Source: Acaryochloris thomasi RCC1774
Lineage (GTDB): Bacteria > Cyanobacteriota > Cyanobacteriia > Thermosynechococcales > Thermosynechococcaceae
Length of the DNA: 32,000 nt
NCBI RefSeq assembly: GCF_003231495.1
Contig: NZ_PQWO01000028.1
Span: forward strand, 1-32,000
Direction of reading: 5' to 3'
Part shown: in pieces, positions 1-8,077 of the stretch
Layout: each line of letters starts with the position of its first letter
Numbering within the stretch: the stretch's first letter is position 1
Notes under the pieces: model-generated
What the model was told of the DNA's origin: nothing
Seen by the model: only the letters and a program-made list of their open reading frames with translations
Database searches by the model: none
Position numbers and translations under genes: made by a program

Positions 1-727
1 AGTTACTAATAAAACACTACCCTTCTACACAAGTATACATAGTACATACAACGTATACTTGTACTTATCGCCCTGTGCGTGCTCCGCAAAATCGTCAAGA
101 ACTACTAGCCATTAGTTCGCAGCAGCTCCCCATTAGCAAACGTTTCAGCACTTATTTATTGTCTTCGGTAGCTTAGCACTCATAGTATGTACGGCGTTCT
201 CTGCTCTTACATACTATACATAATAAATTTATACGCGCTAGGAATTTTCTAATGCTTGCACAAATCACAAACATCGGTACATCGAAACAACTAAAGCACT
301 CTTTATTCAAGAGTTATATCTTCTCGCCTCAAAGAGAACAAATTAAATGAGACATATTACTTTTTCTAAAAGATACATAAAGAGACAAGATGAACTCAAC
401 CATGTATAGACGATCAATTGAATATACGCTATTAAAGCTCATTATTCTTGCGTCTTCAGTAAAGAGTCTAGGACATGAGGTCGCTCTCATAACATTTTCT
501 AGGGCTGCCTCATTATATGCATCAGGAAGGGATGAAGATGCGCTCTATCAAAGCTACTAAGCAGTATCAACTATCTACAGGTGAAGAGAAAATACGATCT
601 TACTCTTCTAGACGATGCCTATTGATGATACTCGAACACGGCTCTATTGGAAATTTCATCCACGTATATTAATAGCGGATACTAAGAATGGATAATATAC
701 GTCATTAATACTTAAGGCGATGTGCGA

Positions 728-964
728 CTAATCAATAACTAGGGTATCGAAGTGCAGCAACTCCCACCCCATCTGATGATTGAGAGAACAACAGACCGTG
801 TGCGCCAGTATTTTTCGATTGATTCGACTGGTTAAATGCCATCGGTCCCTAGCCCACACCCTTTCAAAGTGAAATCGTTCACTCAACTGACTATTGACCG
901 TCTCAATCAAACGCCTCAGTCGTTGCAGTAAGTGAGTACAAGCCTTGGGCTGTTTAGTCTTCAT
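728..964 (-). pseudogene. IS982-family-like DDE transposase, C-terminal fragment only
   Basis: The 78-aa ORF contains RLRRLIETVNSQLSERFHFERVWARDRWHLTSRINRKILAHTV. This matches my recollection of the C-terminal R-x-R-IET-x-F/N-SQL ... TRI-x-RKI-x-AHT pattern of IS982-type transposases. The N-terminal two-thirds is missing, and the frame is broken where IS630 copy 1 begins at about 935. Confidence 0.5.
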
Positions 965-992
965 ATTGGAGCGTACAGAGGAAGCGATACCA

Positions 993-1370
993 ATGCCATA
1001 CAGCTATAACCTTCGCCGCAAAGCCATTGACGCCATCAACAGCGGTCAACGCAAAGTAGACGTGTGTCGTATACTCAATATCAGTCGCAACACCCTACAT
1101 CTATGGCTCCAGCGAGCGGAGTCTATCGGTGACGGCCAGGCCATCACAAACTATCAGCAAGGTAACCGTCATAAAATTACAGATTGGCCTCGTTTCCGCG
1201 AGTTTGCCCAGCAGCATTGTGACAAGACTCAAAGTCCAATGGCGGCTCTGTGGGGAGAGTCGGTGACGCAGCAAAACATCAGCGATGCCTTTCATAAGAT
1301 TGGCTTTACTCGAAAAAAAAGACCTATGGTTATCAAGAACAAGATGAAGAGCAACGCCAAGCCTTTGTAG
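993..1370 (+). pseudogene. IS630-family transposase, N-terminal HTH portion (copy 1)
   Basis: The ATG is at 993 (MPYSYNL...) and the product has an HTH-like N terminus. The frame ends shortly after the A8 slippery run at about 1313-1320, and the downstream DDE part is disrupted and truncated. Confidence 0.7.
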
Positions 1371-1450
1371 AACGTTTGCAAACGAAACAGCCTCATCAGA
1401 TTGCCTATGTTGATGAAGCTGGTATTGATAATCGAGATGACTATCTCTAT

Positions 1451-1710
1451 AGCTAGTCGTCCCTGAAAAACCCCTTGCATTTTGAAGGTATTTTGCTGCG
1501 GCCCCTGTATATCAGAGCTTCTAGAGACCCGATTTAGAGCACATAGATTTGTGAAAACACATGGATTGGGGGCTTCAAGCAATTAAGAAAAGCGCCATTT
1601 CACCAGTTTTTGCAAGGGGCAGCGAATTGACTTGCAATTTAGATCCACATTTTAGTGCCTGAAAGGCTGGTGATATATGGGCTAATGAGGTTTTTCAGGG
1701 ACGACTAGCT
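1451..1710. mobile_element. MITE-like insertion (~260 bp) with perfect 22-bp terminal inverted repeats
   Basis: AGCTAGTCGTCCCTGAAAAACC at 1451-1472 is the exact reverse complement of GGTTTTTCAGGGACGACTAGCT at 1689-1710. Removing the element, allowing for an AGCT/TAGCTA duplication, restores ctc tat agc tac ggt cca (LYSYGP). This is in frame and colinear with LYGYGP of copy 2. There is no ORF inside. Confidence 0.75.
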
Positions 1711-1776
1711 ACGGTCCAATCGGAGAACAGGTTCATGCCCTCAAGTTAGGGAAACGAACTGAGCGAGTCAGTTTTA

Positions 1777-2716
1777 TAGCAGTACAAAATCATGTTAGTA
1801 CTGTGTGACAGCATCATTATTTGAGACCCATGCCAGCTCCCTATAGCTATGACCTTCGCAGCAAAGCCATTGATGCCGTCAACAGTGGTCAGCGCAAAGC
1901 AGCAGTGTGTCGGATGTTCAATATCAGCCGCAACACTCTACATCTATGGCTTCAACGCCAATCATCAACAGGCGACTATCAGGCGAACACAAACTATCAA
2001 CAAGGCAACCGACATAAGATCACAGATTGGCCGCGTTTTCGAGCTTTTGCCCAGCAACATAGTGGCAAAACTCAGGGAAATGGCAAAACTTTGGGGCGAG
2101 GGCGTCAGCCAGCAAAATATTAGCGATGCTTTTGTTAAAATCGGCTTCACGCGAAAAAAAAGACCTACGGTTATCAAGAACGAGATGAGCAACAACGCCA
2201 AGCCTTTGTAGAACGCCTCAAGACAAAGCGTCCTCATCAGATCGCCTATGTTGATGAAGCAGGCATAGATAATCGAGATGAATACCTCTATGGCTATGGT
2301 CCAATCGGGGACCGAGTTCATGCCCTCAAGTCAGGGAAACGGACAGAGCGAGTCAGTTTTATCTCAGCGCTCAAGAGCGGCAAAGTGTTTGCACCGATGA
2401 CGTTTAGTGGCTCTTGCAACCGCTCATTATTTAAAATGTGGCTTCAGGAGAGTCTGCTGCCGCAGTTAAAGCCAGGAGATATCATTGTTATTGACAATGC
2501 CAGCTTTCATAAAGGCCAAGCGATAGAGGAGATGGTCACTGAGAAGGGCTGTGAGATTTGGTATCTGCCGCCCTATTCACCAGACCTCAACAAGATAGAA
2601 CGATGGTGGTTTGTACTTAAAAATTGGATGAAGCAACGGTGGATGGAGTTTGACACCTTTCGAGACTGTGTCGATGCCGCCTTCAAAAATAGTCCTAACG
2701 TATATGCGTAATGCTA
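1777..2716 (+). mobile_element. IS630-family element, copy 2 (full length ~940 bp, TA-flanked)
   Basis: The left end TAGCAGTAC (1777-) and the reverse complement of the right end TAGCATTAC (-2716) form imperfect terminal inverted repeats. TA dinucleotides lie at 1775-1776 and 2717-2718, as expected for IS630/Tc1-type TA target duplication. Confidence 0.65.
1830..2711 (+). pseudogene. IS630-family transposase (copy 2), frameshifted
   Basis: Three consecutive frames are needed. The first is MPAPYSYDLRSKAIDAVNSGQRK...AQQHSGKTQ. The second is ...LREMAKLWGEGVSQQNISDAFVKIGFTRKK. The third is KKKTYGYQERDEQQRQAFVERLKTKRPHQIAYVDEAGIDNRDEYLYGYGPIG...DNASFHKG...LPPYSPDLNKIERWW. The second shift is at the A8 run shared with copy 1 and is a candidate programmed -1 frameshift. 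The first shift, at about 2066-2075, is a 2-nt deficit relative to copy 1 and looks mutational. Confidence 0.7.
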
Positions 2717-2718
2717 TA

Positions 2719-3400
2719 CACCTTCTTGAGCGCTATCTCCAACGGCTGAGGATGATAACCGTTGTCTAGCAAGATCGTTATTTTAGGAATGTTCACTGGC
2801 TTCGAGCGAAAATAATCGATGTTGTCAATCAGCATTTCCAATAAGCCAGCGTCGTCTGACAGATTCGCAGCGGTGCAGTGAGTAAAGAAGGGAAAAGGGT
2901 ATCAACCGCTAGATGCCGCTTTATTCCATTGGTTGCTTTGTAGAAACAGAAGCCTTTGGACTCAACAGAGGCATTGCAGGTATTAATGACGGCCTGGGAG
3001 TCGGCCATCATTAATGTGGTCCATGTGGGCTTTTTTTAACCTGCTCTCGGACCCGCTCGTGCAGCAGCGTCATCAGCTTCTCGATGGAGCCGGCTTGAGG
3101 CCACTGATTGTAATGCCAAAATACCGTTGAATAGGGAGGCAGGTCTTTGGGTAAGTCTTGCCAATTGCAGCCATTCTTGAGTCGACAGAGCATCCCATTA
3201 ATCAGGTCTCGATAGCCCCATGCAAGCGGACGGGTCTTCTTCTTGGGAGGCAGAACTTCTGGCAACAGCGGTTCGAGGATTTCCCATTCTGAATCAGTCA
3301 GACTACTGGAATAGGTCATGACACTTGGACTTGACGACACCTATCATTTCCGTCGATTAGAAAAAAGATTTCAAATGGGTTCTATACATACACCTAAGCA
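2719..3400 (-). mobile_element. IS5-family (IS427/IS1031-like group) element, 3'-truncated by IS630 copy 2
   Basis: orfA (LTDSEWEILEPLLP...KKKTRPLAWGYRDLINGMLCRLKNGCNWQDLPKDLPPYSTVFWHYNQW) is followed by an A7 run. The -1 frame then reads ...MADSQAVINTCNASVESKGFCFYKATNGIKRHLAVDTL. After a further indel it reads FPFFTHCTAANLSDDAGLLEMLIDNIDYFRSKPVNIPKITILLDNGYHPQPLEIALKK, running straight into the IS630 end at 2718. The outer (5') boundary near 3400 is approximate. Confidence 0.6.
3011..3319 (-). pseudogene. IS5-family transposase orfA (element is defective)
   Basis: The ATG at 3319 gives MTYSSSLTDSEWEILEPLLP..., the typical orfA of two-ORF IS5-family elements. The ORF-track start at 3340 is an alternative GTG. 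Confidence 0.6.
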
Positions 3401-3421
3401 CGGCAGTCAGTGCAGAAGATA

Positions 3422-3643
3422 TCAAAAGATAGGATTGCCAATCTCCCATTCATTTTTGAGCAGTTCTTTGTAGAGAGTCTCGCGCACAATCATTTGCTCG
3501 TAGAGCTGCACTAGGAACTCCTGAGACTGCTCTCGACTCATTCCTTTGACCTGAGTCATAAAGGAGCGCAATTTAAACTGCTGTTCTAACGATAGCTGTA
3601 CAGACTCACTCACAAACATTTGCTCCACTACGAAAAGGTCCAA
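3422..3643 (-). CDS. nblA: Phycobilisome degradation protein NblA
   Basis: LSLEQQFKLRSFMTQVKGMSREQSQEFLVQLYEQMIVRETLYKELLKNEW is near-colinear with my recollection of Anabaena NblA (LSLEQQFSIRSFATQVQNMSHDQAKDFLVKLYEQMVVREATYQELLKHQW). The true start may be the internal Met at 3619. Confidence 0.85.
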   Translation of the reverse strand: MDLFVVEQMFVSESVQLSLEQQFKLRSFMTQVKGMSREQSQEFLVQLYEQMIVRETLYKELLKNEWEIGNPIF

Positions 3644-3708
3644 ACCTTAAGATGCTCAGCCTGTCAGGCAGAAAAAAGACTAGGTTAGCAATCTCAATTT
3701 GGCTTACT

Positions 3709-3738
3709 ATATTATGCAAAGTAACAATTTTTTGACAA
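3709..3738 (-). promoter_or_regulatory. Candidate sigma70-type promoter for nblA
   Basis: On the minus strand this reads TTGTCA (3738-3733), an 18-nt spacer, then TAATAT (3714-3709), about 65 nt upstream of the nblA start. The -35 sits in the centre of the inverted repeat at 3721-3747. Confidence 0.35.
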
Positions 3739-3882
3739 AATTGCTACAAATGTGATCGTTCTCATTGAGATATTATTCGTAGTGTTCCCTGCTCAGGGAT
3801 TCAGCACACATTTGTGAAGCATCTTCTCCTCTCATCTGCAGAATCGGAGACAGGTTGACCCACGCTTCACTACGCTTTTGCC

Positions 3883-5124
3883 TCAGACCAGGAGATTCAC
3901 CTCGAATTTGACTTCCGACAGGGCCAAGCTAGGATAAGCCGCCATATAGCCATGGCTAAACTCTTGAATCGCATCTAAGTAGCTAAACGCTTGGATCAGC
4001 TTCTCCCAACTAGGAGCGCCATGGAACTGAATGCCCCGCGCTACTGCGATCTTGCAGCACTCGTTGTAAGATCCATAGCGCTCGATTAATTCAGCTTTCT
4101 CTAGGGGGGTAGGCACAGGAACTAAGGGAAAGGGTTTTGGTTCGTCTGCTTTTGGAGAGCGGCCGGAGGAAGCGGTTGGCAGCGGCAACTGAAAGGAAAC
4201 GCGATCGCTAGTCTCAGAGTTCGATAACAGCGTCGGCAGAGCCAGCCCCGTCCCTAAAAGCCCGAAGGCCCCTACAAATCGCAAAAACCTCCGTCTTGTC
4301 GGCACAGCGGCAGAACGTCGCGGTGTCTCGAAAAGTGTATTGATACTTCTCAGGGCTTCGGAAGCCGAACTATAGCGATCTCGCAGCTTATAACAAACCA
4401 TCGTGTCGATCACGTTGGCCAGATCAGAACTAATTTTTGGATACCGACCCCAATTCACTTTGCCCGTGCGCTCATCAACATCGAAGGCTCGCTTCGTAGG
4501 ATCAATGCCCGTCAGCGCCTGGAGCGCCACCATGCCCACAGCATAGACATCGCTACACAGATTGGGATATCCCTGGAGCTGTTCGGGGGGGATGTAGCCA
4601 TCGGTCCCCACCACCGCATCTGAGCTAGTTTGACACTGCTGAATACTGCCAAAGTCAATTAGAACAATACTTTGGTCTGACTGACGCCGAATCAGGTTCT
4701 GCGGCTTCAGATCTCGGTGAATCACACCCTGACGATGGACAAACGCCAAGGTAGTCAAAATGTTCTGCAACAGCTCTAGCACCCGAGCTTCGCTCCAGTT
4801 CCGCCCCCATCGCAGCTCCCGGGCAAGGCTGCGACCCACAACAAATTCTTCAACCAAGTAAAAATCAGACCCATCCGTGAACGTTGTATATAGTTGAGGG
4901 ATCTGTGTATAGTGTCCCAGCTTCTTAAGGGCATTCACTTCTTCTGTAAACAGATGGCGAGCCGTCTTAACGGTGAACGCATCGGTGTCCTGAGGCTGCA
5001 GTTTCTTGATCACGCAGCGCCGCTGTTGGGGATGACGCTGATCCTTAGCCAAAAAGGTCTGGCTAAAGCCGCCATCCTTAAATTCTTTAATGATTTTATA
5101 GCGACCTGCTAGCATAGTGCTCAC
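3883..5124 (-). CDS. Ser/Thr protein kinase (Hanks-type) with a predicted TM segment and an uncharacterised C-terminal domain
   Basis: Kinase motifs are present: GGFSQTFLA...VIKKL (ATP-binding Lys), HRDLKPQNLI, DFG and GTDGYIPPE. These are followed by the hydrophobic FLRFVGAFGLLGTGLALPTLL and about 120 aa with no motif I recognise. Confidence 0.85.
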   Translation of the reverse strand: MSTMLAGRYKIIKEFKDGGFSQTFLAKDQRHPQQRRCVIKKLQPQDTDAFTVKTARHLFTEEVNALKKLGHYTQIPQLYTTFTDGSDFYLVEEFVVGRSLARELRWGRNWSEARVLELLQNILTTLAFVHRQGVIHRDLKPQNLIRRQSDQSIVLIDFGSIQQCQTSSDAVVGTDGYIPPEQLQGYPNLCSDVYAVGMVALQALTGIDPTKRAFDVDERTGKVNWGRYPKISSDLANVIDTMVCYKLRDRYSSASEALRSINTLFETPRRSAAVPTRRRFLRFVGAFGLLGTGLALPTLLSNSETSDRVSFQLPLPTASSGRSPKADEPKPFPLVPVPTPLEKAELIERYGSYNECCKIAVARGIQFHGAPSWEKLIQAFSYLDAIQEFSHGYMAAYPSLALSEVKFEVNLLV

Positions 5125-5617
5125 CTTGCAAATGGAATATCGAGTTCTCGTGAAATAAGAGCGGCAGTGCCGCTATTCCCTTAATCAACAAAAGACAATA
5201 GATTCGATGTATTGACGTTGATGATCAGAAAATAGTGTCGAGCAAATTCACGCCAACCTTAAATATATTTCATAACTTATAAAGGCTTGCGATCGCAAAG
5301 TCTCAAACAATTATATTCTTCAGAAAAGTTAAGTTTCTTAGGCATCTGTATCAAAACATAGATCTTTATTGCTATTCTCAATAATCAGAGGATAAATCTC
5401 TTAACAGAGCTGTAGGAACTCACTAGGCTCACCAGTGTCGTCATTTTTCTACACAAAAATCAGACTCGATTAAGATCTGAGACAATCCGATCTTGCTGCT
5501 TCTCTCTTGACTCCTGTCTCGACACTGAAGGCGTTGACTTAGAGAAAAGTATAGGAATTAAATAAACGTTTTTAGATAGTCAGAAGGCATAAGAGCCTAC
5601 ATCTGATCGGTGCATCT

Positions 5618-7204
5618 ATGAAAGTCTTATTAATAGAAAATGACAATTTACTGATTAAAGACTTGACCAAGTATTTGATGCTCCGCCGTTATATCTTAGA
5701 TGTCGCCAAAGAGGGTGAAATGGGCTGGACCTATGGGTCAACCTTTGACTATGACCTAATCATATTAGATGTCGCAGTCCCAAAATTAGATGGCATTAGT
5801 CTGTGTAAACGGTTCCGTACAGAAGGCTTTACCACGCCGATCTTGCTGCTGTCGGATCAGGATACAACAACAGCGAAGGTCGAAGGACTAGATGCGGGCG
5901 CAGACGACTATGTCGTCAAGCCCTTTGAAGCAGCAGAACTCTTGGCACGTGTGCGCGCCTTACTACGGCGCAGCAGCACCAATCCCTTACCGATTCTCGC
6001 ATGGGGAGATCTGCTGCTCAATCTCAGTACCTATGAAGTGAGCTACAACGGCCAGCCCTTAACGTTAAGCACCATGGAGTATGAGCTATTAGAGCTGCTG
6101 CTGCGCGACAGCCAACACGTCTTTAGCACCGATGAAATTATCGATCGCCTGTGGTCCTTAGAACAATTTCCATCGGAAGCCACCGTGCGCTCCCATATTC
6201 GGCGCGTGCGGCAAAAGCTAGTGGAATCCGGTGCCCCGAAAGATTTTATTGCCACAGTCCACGGGCGGGGGTATTACCTGAAGGCCTCCAAGCGAGAAGA
6301 GGCATCCCCGTCCTCAACCATACCGGCTCAGGCTTTACCCTTCTCTGAGCCCCATTCTCTCCTGAGGCCCGCAAGGCAGAATCAGCCGACGACGCACCGC
6401 ACCCGAAACTTAATCCTCATGAGTTCAGATGTCGACATTAGTCACTCCCTGGTGCAGGCAGCAGAAAAGCATGGTCTGCATCTTCAAAGCCTGTCAGGTC
6501 TACCACAGCAATCAGGCTTAGATTTACAGGCCTCTAACGGTGAATTTATCACGCAATATCCCGATGCAATTTTGTTTCAGTTCCCTTCAGAATCGCGGCG
6601 GGGAGACACGGCCCGCAAACCCATGGATCAGTCAAGCGAACTGTCAAAAACATGGCGTTTTTTTAGCCACTATTATCCAGACGTACCTGTGTTGGTGATG
6701 GCTGAGCAGGGAGAGTTACGCGATCGCATCGAGGTTCTCCGTTGGGGCGGGCGGCTATTCCTAGAGCTGGGGCAGCCAGAGCAGGTCATTGAGGCGGTTG
6801 TCCAGTTTTTAGACCGGCTCAATCGATCCAGCAAAGTCATGGTTCTAGATGACGATCAAGATTGGCTATACGCCGTGACCACGCTGCTGAAGCCGTGGGG
6901 TTTTAAGGTCACGACCCTCGCCGATCCACAGCAGTTTTGGACCGTGATTAAAGCGGTGATGCCCGATGCCCTTGTCCTAGACCTACATCTATCTGAGGTG
7001 AGCGGGCTAGAAATTTGCGGGCTGCTGCGCAGCGATCCGGTTTGGTGCCAGTTGCCCATACTCTTCCTCAGTGCTCCCGCCGATGCCGCCACTCAACGCC
7101 AAGCTTTTAAAGCAGGTGCAGACGACTATCTACATAAACCAATCATGGGATTCGAGCTAGCCGAGCGCATTCTCAATCGGCTACAGCGCCGAGCAGCGCC
7201 GTAG
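5618..7204 (+). CDS. OmpR-class response regulator with an extra pseudo-receiver and a C-terminal receiver (REC-wHTH-pseudoREC-REC; RcaC-like architecture)
   Basis: The N-terminal REC reads MKVLLIEND...DLIILDVAVPKLDG...DAGADDYVVKPF. The winged helix reads LTLSTMEYELLELLLRDSQHVFSTDEIIDRLW...VHGRGYYLK. The middle region (NLILMSSD...VLVMAEQGE) is receiver-like. The C-terminal REC reads KVMVLDDDQD...ALVLDLHLSEVSGLE...AGADDYLHKP. Confidence 0.8.
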   Translation: MKVLLIENDNLLIKDLTKYLMLRRYILDVAKEGEMGWTYGSTFDYDLIILDVAVPKLDGISLCKRFRTEGFTTPILLLSDQDTTTAKVEGLDAGADDYVVKPFEAAELLARVRALLRRSSTNPLPILAWGDLLLNLSTYEVSYNGQPLTLSTMEYELLELLLRDSQHVFSTDEIIDRLWSLEQFPSEATVRSHIRRVRQKLVESGAPKDFIATVHGRGYYLKASKREEASPSSTIPAQALPFSEPHSLLRPARQNQPTTHRTRNLILMSSDVDISHSLVQAAEKHGLHLQSLSGLPQQSGLDLQASNGEFITQYPDAILFQFPSESRRGDTARKPMDQSSELSKTWRFFSHYYPDVPVLVMAEQGELRDRIEVLRWGGRLFLELGQPEQVIEAVVQFLDRLNRSSKVMVLDDDQDWLYAVTTLLKPWGFKVTTLADPQQFWTVIKAVMPDALVLDLHLSEVSGLEICGLLRSDPVWCQLPILFLSAPADAATQRQAFKAGADDYLHKPIMGFELAERILNRLQRRAAP

Positions 7205-7229
7205 CGACCAGGCCGCTGCGTTTATATTG

Positions 7230-8000
7230 TCAGACTATCGCGCTGAGAGTAACGCCCACAGTACTTTGCTCAAACGCCCGCAGCTGATCTCGAATCACAG
7301 TCCAGTCCTTTTCGGTCAGGGGTGAAGGCTGTTCAGCCCTTGCTGTTGTCGTCTGATCGTCCATAGATTGCAGGTGCTGCTGCGCCATCTGAACGCGGGC
7401 ACGCACGGCGAGACTGTGTTCAGATGGCAGCATCTGCGCTAGCTGGGTCTGAATTTGCGAGCATCTTTCCTCAGTCCTCGGCCATTGGTGGCTGGCAAAC
7501 TGCTGCAGACCCACCACTGCGGCATAGCGAACGACCCATTCATCATCCTGTTGGGCAATTTGCAATAGCGCCGACAGCGCAATAGTCTGAGCCGGCTGCA
7601 AAAGCGAAGCCGGAAAACCGTCCCACTGGATAGAACCGAGACCCTTCGTTGCCGCCCGTCTGACGCTGACTGCAAAGTCAGAGGTGGCAGCCTCTAATAA
7701 AATTGCCATCCCCCTCGGGTCGCCAATCTCGGCCAGTGCCCGAATGGCCCAGGCTCTAGCCGTATAGTTGTGACCGTCAAGCTGCGCCATAATCGCTGGG
7801 ACCGACGCGGTCCCCAACTGTACAAGTCCGCTAACGGATGCGATCGCAGCGCCAGGATTGTTGTAGCTCAGGGCCGCAATTAGGGTCGGAATCGCACCCT
7901 CTAGACCCGCCCCTGCCAAATTTTGCACAGCTCGAAACAGTGATGCAGAGGAATCAGCAGCATCAACGGCCTCAATTAAAGAAGCAAGATCGTCAGCCAT
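7230..8000 (-). CDS. cpcF: Phycocyanobilin lyase subunit CpcF (HEAT-repeat)
   Basis: It is a HEAT-repeat protein (AIPTLIAALSYNNPGAAIASVSGLVQLG...ARAWAIRALAEIGDPRG...VSVRRAATKGLG) immediately downstream of cpcE in the cpcBAEF arrangement. Confidence 0.75.
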   Translation of the reverse strand: MADDLASLIEAVDAADSSASLFRAVQNLAGAGLEGAIPTLIAALSYNNPGAAIASVSGLVQLGTASVPAIMAQLDGHNYTARAWAIRALAEIGDPRGMAILLEAATSDFAVSVRRAATKGLGSIQWDGFPASLLQPAQTIALSALLQIAQQDDEWVVRYAAVVGLQQFASHQWPRTEERCSQIQTQLAQMLPSEHSLAVRARVQMAQQHLQSMDDQTTTARAEQPSPLTEKDWTVIRDQLRAFEQSTVGVTLSAIV

Positions 8001-8077
8001 AGGGAAAATCAGTCGTTAACATCCAAAGTCTTTTGCGTGCCGTTATTTTTTGTGCTGCTGCGGTTCAGGGTAGCCCC

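Larger units (their letters stand above)
935..1776 (+). mobile_element. IS630-family element, copy 1 (3'-truncated, interrupted by a MITE)
   Basis: It encodes a protein about 75% identical to copy 2 (PYSYNLRRKAIDAINSGQRKVDVCRILNISRNTLHLWLQR...). After the A8 run the -1 frame continues KKKTYGYQEQDEEQRQAFVERLQTKQPHQIAYVDEAGIDNRDDYLYS, is split by the MITE at 1451-1710, and resumes YGPIGEQVHALKLGKRTERVSFI. Homology stops at 1777, where copy 2 starts. The left-end estimate comes from the shared AGTACAA block. Confidence 0.7.

Noticed and set aside
247-266. TTGCACA at about 254 as a second L box
   Set aside because: It is only a half-site. The partner 11 bp away is ACAAACA, and there is no gene downstream.
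616-696. A small plus-strand ORF, MPIDDTRTRLYWKFHPRILIADTKNG, as a DDE transposase remnant
   Set aside because: It is only 26 codons with one vaguely DDE-like word (ILIAD). It is on the opposite strand to the adjacent IS982-like fragment, and the evidence is too thin.
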